A DNA stretch of 49,421 nucleotides from Thermoplasmatota archaeon (GTDB lineage: Archaea; Thermoplasmatota; E2; DHVEG-1): the NCBI GenBank assembly GCA_016936135.1, contig JAFGPP010000117.1, positions 1 through 49,421 on the forward strand. The letters are read 5' to 3'. Both the position numbers and the translations under genes were made by a program. Numbering within the stretch: the stretch's first letter is position 1; each line of letters opens with the position of its first letter. The notes below the pieces were generated by a model, which saw only the letters and a list, made by a program, of their open reading frames with translations, had not been told where the DNA came from and did no database searches. Shown piece by piece: positions 8,372-16,687 of this stretch.

Positions 8372-9607
8372 TTATAACTCCTCTTTGTAGGGTTTCTTCT
8401 TTACACTTTTTAAATCCAGTTTGTATTGATCAGTGGCTACTTTTAAAGCATCTTGATATCTTTTATTGAACTCTTCTTCATTTTCTAGTTCTGTTTCCTG
8501 AATGGTAATGGTCTTAGTGAAAAAGTCAACAAACTCATTAAACCTTTTATTGACACCATCTAGTTGTTCTTGTAGTGATTCTATTTGGTCTTGATTCATC
8601 GGGCGTTCATACACAAATAACTTATGGCAACCATTCAGGTATTCTTGTGCGTGTTCTTCATATGTCCATCTATCATAGGGTTCCTCATGTCCTAGCCACA
8701 ATTCCACCATGTCCCTTTTACACACATCTTTAAGTCTTGTGTTAAAAAACTTACGCAACGTGTAAAGTCTAACTACATACCAACCAGTCTTTGGGTCTTT
8801 TTCACCTAAGCCTGTTTCCCTAAGACAACGATTCCATTTATCTCTTATGGTTTGTGGCTCATAAGGAAAGATTCGTTTGATACTATCTGAGAATTCTTCC
8901 TGTGTGATTTTCTTTTTGTTTTTGTAGATTGACCATCCATCATCTAATTGTATGAAATCATATCCTAGTTTTTGAAATTTCTCTCTATCGAAATGTGACT
9001 TTTTACAAGCTTCAATAATTAGTTTGGTTCTGCGTTTTAACCATTCATGAACTGCTTTTGTTGCTTCAGGACTCATAAAGGTAAATCTATACGCCTTATC
9101 TTTTGCTACCTCTGCTCTTACATTAACTTTAACAGGATACTTGCTCCACTCGATATCATCAATAGTCATCCTGCATAGTTCTTCTTCCCTACAACCTGAT
9201 GAAGCCATCATTAAAAAGAAAGCCCTCTCTAAAGCATCAGCGTGTTGTAATATACCTTGTAATTCTGCTACGGTTGGTATTCTATCCCTAGCTGTTGTCT
9301 TGGGTAACTTACCTCTCCTTTGAATCTTTCGTATGTATGAAGGACTAACGACAACATCATGTTCATCAAGAAATAATCGCACTGATGCAAGATAGTTGGT
9401 TATTGTTGTTCCCTCCAAGTTTTTCTCAGTTGATAGATAAGAACGAAATTCTCGAAAGTCTTTTTTGATGTCTCTGGTTTTGTCCTTTATGTATGCCTCT
9501 GGTTTTATTTTTACAAACTTAAAAAATGTTTTAAGTCTGGAACTGTGATTTCTTCTTGTACCAATTGAGTCAAAATCCTTAATCCAATTTTCTATTAAAT
9601 CCATCAT
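8372..9607 (-). CDS. Tyrosine recombinase/integrase
   Basis: SSGCREEEL (R), AKDK (K), YTLRKFF (HxxR with H->Y), WLGH, downstream Tyr; SAM-like N-terminus; helical C-terminal tail; ATG at 9607 after AGGGG preferred over track TTG at 9649. Confidence 0.9.
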   Translation of the reverse strand: MMDLIENWIKDFDSIGTRRNHSSRLKTFFKFVKIKPEAYIKDKTRDIKKDFREFRSYLSTEKNLEGTTITNYLASVRLFLDEHDVVVSPSYIRKIQRRGKLPKTTARDRIPTVAELQGILQHADALERAFFLMMASSGCREEELCRMTIDDIEWSKYPVKVNVRAEVAKDKAYRFTFMSPEATKAVHEWLKRRTKLIIEACKKSHFDREKFQKLGYDFIQLDDGWSIYKNKKKITQEEFSDSIKRIFPYEPQTIRDKWNRCLRETGLGEKDPKTGWYVVRLYTLRKFFNTRLKDVCKRDMVELWLGHEEPYDRWTYEEHAQEYLNGCHKLFVYERPMNQDQIESLQEQLDGVNKRFNEFVDFFTKTITIQETELENEEEFNKRYQDALKVATDQYKLDLKSVKKKPYKEEL

Positions 9608-9650
9608 TCTACCCCTTATGATTTCAATATAATTTACCCCTGTTAACAAT

Positions 9651-9670
9651 TATAAATAGTGATATTTAAA
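9651..9670. repeat. 20-bp imperfect direct repeat, copy 2 (contains integrase TATA box TTTAAATA on minus strand); candidate att site
   Basis: TATAAATAGTGATATTTAAA; 18/20 identical to 4748-4767. Confidence 0.35.
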
Positions 9671-9792
9671 CTCTACTATTTTTATTTGAGAAATTTATTA
9701 TTGTTATTGTTTATTTCTTTACAATTTATCTTAAAAAAACCATTTTTTAAAAAAATAAACAAATTATAAATCAATTTAAAAACTATCAATGT

Positions 9793-9826
9793 GCACCATT
9801 ATAGAATTATCAACAATAATGGGTGC
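9793..9826. terminator. Inverted repeat immediately after the regulator stop codon
   Basis: GCACCATTAT-N13-ATAATGGGTGC (one bulge). Confidence 0.35.
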
Positions 9827-10177
9827 CTATTCGTTAAATTCTAATATTTTTTTCTTGATGACACTATACCAGCTATCTATACATGCATCAACTTTTTTCA
9901 TAGCAATGTTAATTTCAACTATGTTATACAAATAATAGTACCCACCTGTTTTTATTTTTTTTTGCTGTTTTTCGCATAGACCGCATAAAATTAGTTTTTG
10001 TAAGGAGCGGTAAACTGTACTTCTTTCCTTTTTTAATTTTTTCGACAGTTCAATTGTTGTAGATTTGCCTGTTTGTTTTAGCAATTTATACACTTCATTA
10101 TCTAAATTGTTTAGATCAAAAACACATTTTATTAAATCTTGACAAGTTATATTTTCAATTGATTTTGGAAACTTCAT
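9827..10177 (-). CDS. TrmB-family winged-helix transcriptional regulator
   Basis: CQDLIKCVFDL, ELSKKLKKERSTVYRSLQKL HTH, GGYYYLY wing. Confidence 0.85.
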   Translation of the reverse strand: MKFPKSIENITCQDLIKCVFDLNNLDNEVYKLLKQTGKSTTIELSKKLKKERSTVYRSLQKLILCGLCEKQQKKIKTGGYYYLYNIVEINIAMKKVDACIDSWYSVIKKKILEFNE

Positions 10178-10213
10178 TTCTCATAATGTTAAAATCAAAA
10201 CAGTATTTAATGG

Positions 10214-10258
10214 TTGTGTAATTTATTCACACAAACGTTAAATACACAATAATGTATT
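10214..10258. promoter_or_regulatory. Candidate operator in divergent promoter
   Basis: TTGTGT-N9-ACACAA (10214-10234) and AATACA-N6-TGTATT (10241-10258) inverted repeats. Confidence 0.4.
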
Positions 10259-10267
10259 ATAAACCTA

Positions 10268-10678
10268 ATGGATATCGAGCTTGAAAAAATTAAAAGAAAA
10301 AAAATGGAAGAAATATTACAAAATTATTCAAAAAGAGGTATAAATGTGGATAAAAATTTGCCAAAAACGCCAATAAAACTTACAGACGCAGATATTGATG
10401 AAAATATAAAAAAATACGACAAAATCGTTGTAGACTGTTGGGCACCGTGGTGCGGCCCTTGCAGGATGGTTGGACCAATAATCGATGAACTGGCAAAAGA
10501 AATGTCTGGCAAAATGGTCTTTGGAAAATTGAACGTCGATGAAAATCAAACCACATCTTCAAAATATGGCATTATGAGTATTCCTACTTTATTAGTATTC
10601 AAAAAAGGAGATTTAATCGATAAGATAATAGGTGCCTTACCAAAGGACATGTTAAAATCTAAATTATCTCAGTATTAG
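10268..10678 (+). CDS. trxA: Thioredoxin
   Basis: WAPWCGPC, KLNVDEN, IMSIPTL; archaeal N-terminal helix extension. Confidence 0.95.
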   Translation: MDIELEKIKRKKMEEILQNYSKRGINVDKNLPKTPIKLTDADIDENIKKYDKIVVDCWAPWCGPCRMVGPIIDELAKEMSGKMVFGKLNVDENQTTSSKYGIMSIPTLLVFKKGDLIDKIIGALPKDMLKSKLSQY

Positions 10679-10683
10679 AAACA

Positions 10684-11313
10684 TTGCTAAACCGATTAAT
10701 TTACTGTTTGGTGATCATAATTAAAAGAAAAAAAGTTCAACCAAAAAAAAATAATAGAATATGGCTGTATGTGATAATTATTATTGTTGTATTTGTGGTA
10801 GGTGCTTCATCTGCAATTTTTATTTTAAACCAACCCTTACAAAACGAGGGTGATGATTTTGTCTACACCTCTCTAGATGGCAGTATAAAAAGTTTAAGTG
10901 ATTACAGGGGCAAGGTTGTAATAGTTGACATGTGGGCAACTTGGTGTTCACCATGCGTATATGAAATGATGGAATTGTACAAATTATATAATAACTTCAG
11001 TAGTAATGATCTCGAAATTATTTCAGTAAATATATATGAGGGGGACAGCACTCAGAAAATTCAAGATTTTTTAGAAAAATTTGAAAATGATCACGGATAT
11101 AATCTAAACTGGGAGTTTGGTAGGGAAATTGATGATAATTTAGTCAAGTATATGAATGAGAGTGCAATACCCACTCTTTGCATATTTGACAGACAGGGAA
11201 ACCTTAAATTTCGACACGCTGGCCTAAGTTTCTACAATGAAATACCATCAAATTGGCCTTCAAACACACCCGAGCCGCCATTGCTGTTTCCAATAGTTGA
11301 AGAGTTAATATAA
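10684..11313 (+). CDS. Membrane-anchored TlpA/ResA-like thiol-disulfide oxidoreductase
   Basis: N-terminal TM, LSDYRGKVVIVDMWATWCSPC, AIPTL; true start possibly GTG at 10711. Confidence 0.88.
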   Translation: MLNRLIYCLVIIIKRKKVQPKKNNRIWLYVIIIIVVFVVGASSAIFILNQPLQNEGDDFVYTSLDGSIKSLSDYRGKVVIVDMWATWCSPCVYEMMELYKLYNNFSSNDLEIISVNIYEGDSTQKIQDFLEKFENDHGYNLNWEFGREIDDNLVKYMNESAIPTLCIFDRQGNLKFRHAGLSFYNEIPSNWPSNTPEPPLLFPIVEELI

Positions 11314-11339
11314 AGAAAAATTAATAATGGGGAGATAAA

Positions 11340-11828
11340 GTGAAAAGAATCTATAAAAAAATATCAACCATAACTTTAGTAGTAATATTGATGTGCAGCC
11401 TAAGTGTTGGAATTGTTTCTGCACTTATTCCAACAATAAATATAGATCCTGAATCACCTACACCTAAATCTACAGTAAAATTTACTTCAGAAGTGGAAGA
11501 TCAAAATGTTATAGAGGTGCGTTTGCTAATACAAGAGTGTAATGCCAACACCGGAATTTGTCATGAACCAAGAGAGAACCTTTCAATGAGCAAAATCAGT
11601 GAAGGGGTATACGAAACTTCTGCAACATTGAAATTTGAAGATACAACATATATACAGTACAGTTTAAATGTGAAAACTGGCGAAGGATGGGTGCAATATC
11701 TGGAGGGAACTAAAAAGGATTTGAATCTTCAAAATAATAACGGCAATAACACACCTGGATTTGAGTTTATATTAGCTATTTTAGCAACAATACTTATAAT
11801 ACCAATTGTTTATAAACGTAAAAGATAG
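11340..11828 (+). CDS. Secreted Ig-like protein with PGF-CTERM anchor
   Basis: Signal peptide, ECNANTGIC Cys pair, C-terminal TPGFE + TM + KRKR. Confidence 0.8.
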   Translation: MKRIYKKISTITLVVILMCSLSVGIVSALIPTINIDPESPTPKSTVKFTSEVEDQNVIEVRLLIQECNANTGICHEPRENLSMSKISEGVYETSATLKFEDTTYIQYSLNVKTGEGWVQYLEGTKKDLNLQNNNGNNTPGFEFILAILATILIIPIVYKRKR

Positions 11829-11830
11829 GA

Positions 11831-12655
11831 ATGAAATTTCAGGTCAAGCGGTTACTATCACAAATTCTAATCTTTTTTTCTGCAAATCTAGGTGCATTTG
11901 GACTGAAAACCGGATTCTGCTACCCTTTTTTTTACTGTCATGCATGTCCTGCTTCAACATCCGCATGTCCACTTAGAGCTTTAGAACAAAGTGTTTATTC
12001 AAGAAGTTTTACCTGGTATTTCTTTGTATATCCATTATTGATCTTGGGTTTTTTTGGTGTTTTAACAGGCAGAGCAGTATGTGGGTGGGCATGCCCAATT
12101 GGACTGCTTCAAAGAGCTACTGGAAAAGTTGCCAGGAGGTTTAAAAAATATAAATTTTTAAACGAAAGAACAACTAAAAAAATTGATAGATATCTAAGAT
12201 ATGCAAAATATTTTGTTCTAATCGGTTTAGTTATTTTTACTTCCTGGTTGATAGGAATTATGTTTACAGATATTTGTCCAATAGGTTTTTTAACGGGTAC
12301 CATTCCAACTTTATTATTATATCCAGGTAAATTTGTACCAAACACTTTTTTCGGGATTGCATTAATTATCTTTCTTTTATTTCTTATTTTGATATTTACA
12401 GTAGAAAGAGGTTGGTGTCGTTACTTTTGCCCGATTGGTGCCCTACTTGCACCTTTCAATAAAATTAGTTATTTACATGTTTCCAGGGTTAAAGAAGAAA
12501 CATTTGAAAAGGAATGTATTAAGTGTGATGCCTGTTCAAAAATTTGCCCTATGGGAATTGATGTTACCAAGTTGTTCAGAGATCCAGAGTGTATTCTATG
12601 CGGTAAGTGCGTTACAGCATGTCCTAAAAATCTTATCGAATTTAAGAGGAAATAA
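11831..12655 (+). CDS. Membrane 4Fe-4S binding protein (NapH/MauN/CcoG-like)
   Basis: CHACP..CP, GRAVCGWACPIG, RGWCRYFCPIGA, two CxxCxxCxxxCP motifs, several TMs. Confidence 0.9.
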   Translation: MKFQVKRLLSQILIFFSANLGAFGLKTGFCYPFFYCHACPASTSACPLRALEQSVYSRSFTWYFFVYPLLILGFFGVLTGRAVCGWACPIGLLQRATGKVARRFKKYKFLNERTTKKIDRYLRYAKYFVLIGLVIFTSWLIGIMFTDICPIGFLTGTIPTLLLYPGKFVPNTFFGIALIIFLLFLILIFTVERGWCRYFCPIGALLAPFNKISYLHVSRVKEETFEKECIKCDACSKICPMGIDVTKLFRDPECILCGKCVTACPKNLIEFKRK

Positions 12656-13285
12656 ATGAAAAAATTCTTTGCTACTCAAATAACTTTAATCCTAATATTC
12701 GCCGGTGGATTATCTGGCATGTTTATATCTACTGATGTATACGAAAATGTTCAGTCAAGAATCGTAAATGTTCTTTGTCTTAGTTGTCTAAAACTTGAAC
12801 CAAAAACTATTGTCGAATTCACATTTGATACAGCAAATGGGCAATCTCATCCAGAGTTTGTCATTGAAAACCTAACAATTGGTCCAATATTTTTACATTT
12901 CAGCGAAGATGTTTGCCATGGATGCGAAGTTATGCACCCCGTCATCGAAAAGTTATTCAACATTTCATTTGAAAAAACTGATTCAGTTTATGAAATTAAA
13001 GAAATTCAAAACACTTCGGTTGTCTACATTTACATAAACATCGATCATACAACACAAGATTTGCGAAATTCTTTATACATATACGACAAGGACAATGTTC
13101 AAGGCCTACCAATGTTTTCAATAATTACCCTGGGCTATGATAACGGAATTGTAAAGCCATATTATACTTCTATTTATGGAACACTAAAGGATACAGACCA
13201 AGAGAGATTGGATTTTATTTCTTCAATTTTGCAAGAAGGAATAGAAATGTTCAAGCAAAATATTGACGGATTTTTACAACCTTAA
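12656..13285 (+). CDS. Membrane-anchored thioredoxin-fold protein with two CxxC motifs
   Basis: TM then CLSC; FLHFSEDVCHGC..M.P; GLPMF cis-Pro loop. Confidence 0.7.
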   Translation: MKKFFATQITLILIFAGGLSGMFISTDVYENVQSRIVNVLCLSCLKLEPKTIVEFTFDTANGQSHPEFVIENLTIGPIFLHFSEDVCHGCEVMHPVIEKLFNISFEKTDSVYEIKEIQNTSVVYIYINIDHTTQDLRNSLYIYDKDNVQGLPMFSIITLGYDNGIVKPYYTSIYGTLKDTDQERLDFISSILQEGIEMFKQNIDGFLQP

Positions 13286-13358
13286 TACCCCATATTAATT
13301 AAAACAAGTTGAGATTGTATTTCCACTTTTCAGACTTGATTTAAATCATAAAAAGGCA

Positions 13359-13568
13359 TCAACCACTAGATGTTTTTTTCATTTCTTCTTCGGCCATCTC
13401 GTCAAGCTTTTTATCCACACCTAGCTCCTTTGCAATTTTTGACATTTCATCGAGCATTTGGTCCCAAATAACTTCTTGTTCCAGGGCATAATACCACATA
13501 TCCAATTTTGTTGAACCATCTGCCTTTTTGAAATCTTCAAGGAATGCCTTTTTATCTTCTTCGTTCAT
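13359..13568 (-). CDS. Small acidic helical hypothetical protein
   Basis: 69-aa ORF with GTGAT RBS-like sequence and protein-like composition. Confidence 0.7.
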   Translation of the reverse strand: MNEEDKKAFLEDFKKADGSTKLDMWYYALEQEVIWDQMLDEMSKIAKELGVDKKLDEMAEEEMKKTSSG

Positions 13569-13683
13569 ATGTTATCACGATTTTAAATTAATTTTTCCTT
13601 AAATCTATAAATTGGCAATTTAGGACAGTATGTAATGAAGCATTAATAGAGTTTTTGAATTTAGTCTAATAAATCAATTTTGT

Positions 13684-14316
13684 TCAACTTCTTACAAAGG
13701 CATTATATCTTTTTTCATCGCCAATAGTCGTTGATGGTCCGTGACCGGTATATACAATTGTTTCATCTGACAAAGTATACAGCTTTGATTTAATCGAATT
13801 AGATAATTGTTCAAATGATCCTCCATGCAGATCGGCTCTTCCTATGCTGCCTTGAAACAGGACATCACCAACAAAAACAATGCTATTGTGTAATAAACAC
13901 AAACTTCCCTGTGAATGCCCAGGAGTGTGCAATACATCGAACTGGTATTCACCAACTGAAATAATGTCGCCTTCGTCTATGCATCGATCTGGTTTTAAAG
14001 CACCCCCAAAACCTAAACGATGATACCTATCGCTTTTAGGTTCTTTATCGGGAAAATCATTCTTGTGGGCGAGAAAATCTGCACCTGTTTTTTTCCTTAG
14101 TTTTTCTACTCCATCAACATGATCAAAATGACCATGTGTAGCAACTATTAATTTGACTTTTAACCCTAAATTTTTTATCTTTTTTACAATCAGTTCTACG
14201 TTATCTCCGGGATCAATTATTAGAGCTTCAAGCGTTTTTTCATCCCAAACAATGTAACAATTCGACATCAGAGGTCCCACGACCAATTTTTCTACATTTA
14301 AACCAACATTTTCCAT
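13684..14316 (-). CDS. MBL-fold metallo-hydrolase (glyoxalase II-like)
   Basis: THGHFDHV, HTPGHS, GDVLF, GHG. Confidence 0.93.
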   Translation of the reverse strand: MENVGLNVEKLVVGPLMSNCYIVWDEKTLEALIIDPGDNVELIVKKIKNLGLKVKLIVATHGHFDHVDGVEKLRKKTGADFLAHKNDFPDKEPKSDRYHRLGFGGALKPDRCIDEGDIISVGEYQFDVLHTPGHSQGSLCLLHNSIVFVGDVLFQGSIGRADLHGGSFEQLSNSIKSKLYTLSDETIVYTGHGPSTTIGDEKRYNAFVRS

Positions 14317-14498
14317 TGTTTTACCTCAGGTGTTACTTAGCATGATTGCTTATATTTTCAGATCTAACATAATTTTAAACACATATTGCCATTTAAAATA
14401 TATGATAAAAAATTAATTTGATTAACCAGTGATTTAGATTATTTTCAGACATTTACATATACAAGATCTGCCATTATAGACGTCCAAAGAGGCAATAA

Positions 14499-15761
14499 AT
14501 GTTTGTGGAGATTCCTTACGGTCAAGGAATAAAAAAAATCAAAATAGATGAACCTTGTGATGTTTTACTTCCAAACAAGGTTGAAATCGGGGATGAAAAT
14601 CTTACAATAAAAACTGCGCTAGATAATCCCGTCTCATCAATATCATTTGAAGAGTTTGTTAAACAATCAGATAAGTTACTTATCGTTGTAAACGATGCAA
14701 CTAGGCCCACGCCTACTGCAAAAATTCTTGATACTTTACATCCTATAATTTCCAATATCAAAGATTTTAGAATTATTGTTGCAACTGGATCTCACAAACC
14801 ACCCACCCAAGAAGAATTCAAATTTATTTTTGGAGAATACTACAACCTTTACAAGGATAAAATCGTTGTTCACGATGCGAAAAATTCCTCAATGAAATTT
14901 CATGGAATAACACCGCTTGGAACAGAAGTGGCTTTTAATGAAATAATTGATAGATATCAAAATATCATAACAATAAATAGTGTGGAGCCGCATTATTTTG
15001 CAGGTTATACCGGTGGAAGGAAATCCTTCTTGCCAGGTCTAGCTTCTTATAAAACCATAGAGATGAACCACAAATTTGCTATGGATGACAGGGCATGCGG
15101 TTTGGCACTTAAAGCAAATCCTGTACATGAAGACATGATTGATTCGATAAGACTTCTTTCCGAAATAAATGTTTTTTCCATTCAAATAGTCTTAACTCCA
15201 GAAGGAAGAATTTTTAAAGTAATTACCGGTGATTTGGAAAAATCCTTTTTAGAGGCAGTTGAATATGCAAACGAAGTCTTTTGCACCTCATTAAAAAAGA
15301 AAGGCAACATCGTAATTACGGTCGCCCCTCACCCTATGGATAAGAATCTATACCAATCTCAAAAAGCATTGGAAAATGGAAAACTTGCCTTAAAAAAGAA
15401 CGGGATTATTATTTTAGTATCAAAATGTCCCGGAGGCGTTGGCCAACAAGCTTTTGTCGATCTTTTATCTAAGGCAAACAGGCCTGAAGAAGTTTTAGAA
15501 TTTTTAAAAAACGAATATAAGCTTGGATATCACAAGGCTGGAAAAATTGCAGAATTGGCAACATGGGCAGATATTTGGGCTGTAACGGATTTAGATTCAA
15601 CCGTGCTGCAAAAAGCCTTTATCAGTTCGCGTAAAGGAATTCAAGCAGCTGTTGATGATTCTATTAAAATAATTAAAAAGAAAGGCGAGAAACCCGAAAT
15701 AATTATCATACCCTATGGCAGTTTAACGGTCCCATTTTGTCAAAAAGGACAATTAATCTAA
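14499..15761 (+). CDS. larA: Nickel-pincer-dependent lactate racemase family protein
   Basis: NDATRPTP, ATGSH, EPHYFAGYTGGRKS..PG, NLYQSQKAL. Confidence 0.88.
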   Translation: MFVEIPYGQGIKKIKIDEPCDVLLPNKVEIGDENLTIKTALDNPVSSISFEEFVKQSDKLLIVVNDATRPTPTAKILDTLHPIISNIKDFRIIVATGSHKPPTQEEFKFIFGEYYNLYKDKIVVHDAKNSSMKFHGITPLGTEVAFNEIIDRYQNIITINSVEPHYFAGYTGGRKSFLPGLASYKTIEMNHKFAMDDRACGLALKANPVHEDMIDSIRLLSEINVFSIQIVLTPEGRIFKVITGDLEKSFLEAVEYANEVFCTSLKKKGNIVITVAPHPMDKNLYQSQKALENGKLALKKNGIIILVSKCPGGVGQQAFVDLLSKANRPEEVLEFLKNEYKLGYHKAGKIAELATWADIWAVTDLDSTVLQKAFISSRKGIQAAVDDSIKIIKKKGEKPEIIIIPYGSLTVPFCQKGQLI

Positions 15762-15827
15762 AGATAATATCGTCTTTTATTGAGAAGTAAGGAAATATTT
15801 ATTAAAACTCTTAATGTTGTATTTCTG

Positions 15828-16187
15828 ATGTCTGCAAGAATTAATGATAAACCAATATTAGTAAAAAAAGATGACGGCCTAATCGACAAAAGTCGACAAG
15901 GTAAGAAGTATCAACTTAAATTAAAGTCAGATAAGATGGAGGCAATTATTGCAGAGCTTGATCCACACACAGAATCACGATGGTTTAAACATTCTGGTCA
16001 AGAAATTCATATAGTATTGAACGGTGAGATGGAATACGCAGTTGGGGACAATTTTTTCAAGCTGTGTGAAGGAGATATTTTGTGGCACGATTCTTCCAAA
16101 CCTCATCGGGCAAAAAACAACAGTGACAAAAAAGTAAAATACATAACAATTGGAACCCCACCGACTTTTATGATGGATGATATATAG
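15828..16187 (+). CDS. Cupin domain protein
   Basis: HSGQE..IVLNGE, LCEGD..HDS..PH; ATG at 15828 preferred over track TTG at 15780. Confidence 0.85.
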   Translation: MSARINDKPILVKKDDGLIDKSRQGKKYQLKLKSDKMEAIIAELDPHTESRWFKHSGQEIHIVLNGEMEYAVGDNFFKLCEGDILWHDSSKPHRAKNNSDKKVKYITIGTPPTFMMDDI

Positions 16188-16188
16188 A

Positions 16189-16683
16189 TCAACCAGATAA
16201 CTCATCGGTCAAATTACTAATCTCTTTATTTATTTTCTTAAAAATTTTTTCTAAGTAGACTGGAATATTTTTCTCCAATTCTGATGAAATAGTGTTTCCA
16301 AATGAAGTATCTCCTGGATGAATTCCAATAATAAAAATCTTATCGGGGACTTGTCCAAGTTTCTTTGAAAGTTCAATAATATTTAGGAAATCGGCGCAAT
16401 GCGTAGACTGGGTAATAAATGGCTTAACACTTTTGAGGTTTTTAGCATCAAATATTTCAATTTCTCCTATCTTTTTATTGAAATTCACCGCATCAATTAT
16501 AAAAACTAAATCAAATTTGGTTATTAGATGTAACAGGTTCATCCCACCTGTACCACCATCTATAATTTCAATACCACCAGATAAAATATTTTTTTTGAGT
16601 TTTATATAGTCTAAAATTTTTATACCAATGCCGTCATCTTTTCTAAAAGGATTTCCAAGGCCAATTACAGCTACTCTTTTCAT
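16189..16683 (-). CDS. Hydrogenase maturation protease
   Basis: GLGNPFRKDDGIG, IDGGTGG, IIDAV, STH. Confidence 0.92.
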   Translation of the reverse strand: MKRVAVIGLGNPFRKDDGIGIKILDYIKLKKNILSGGIEIIDGGTGGMNLLHLITKFDLVFIIDAVNFNKKIGEIEIFDAKNLKSVKPFITQSTHCADFLNIIELSKKLGQVPDKIFIIGIHPGDTSFGNTISSELEKNIPVYLEKIFKKINKEISNLTDELSG

Positions 16684-16687
16684 AAAT

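Larger units (their letters stand above)
6369..9670 (-). mobile_element. Integrated plasmid/satellite-like element (integrase, Sm-like protein, SF3 helicase, origin-like repeats); may extend left to about 4748
   Basis: Co-oriented tyrosine recombinase and D5-like helicase with repeats downstream, lying among housekeeping genes. Confidence 0.7.
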
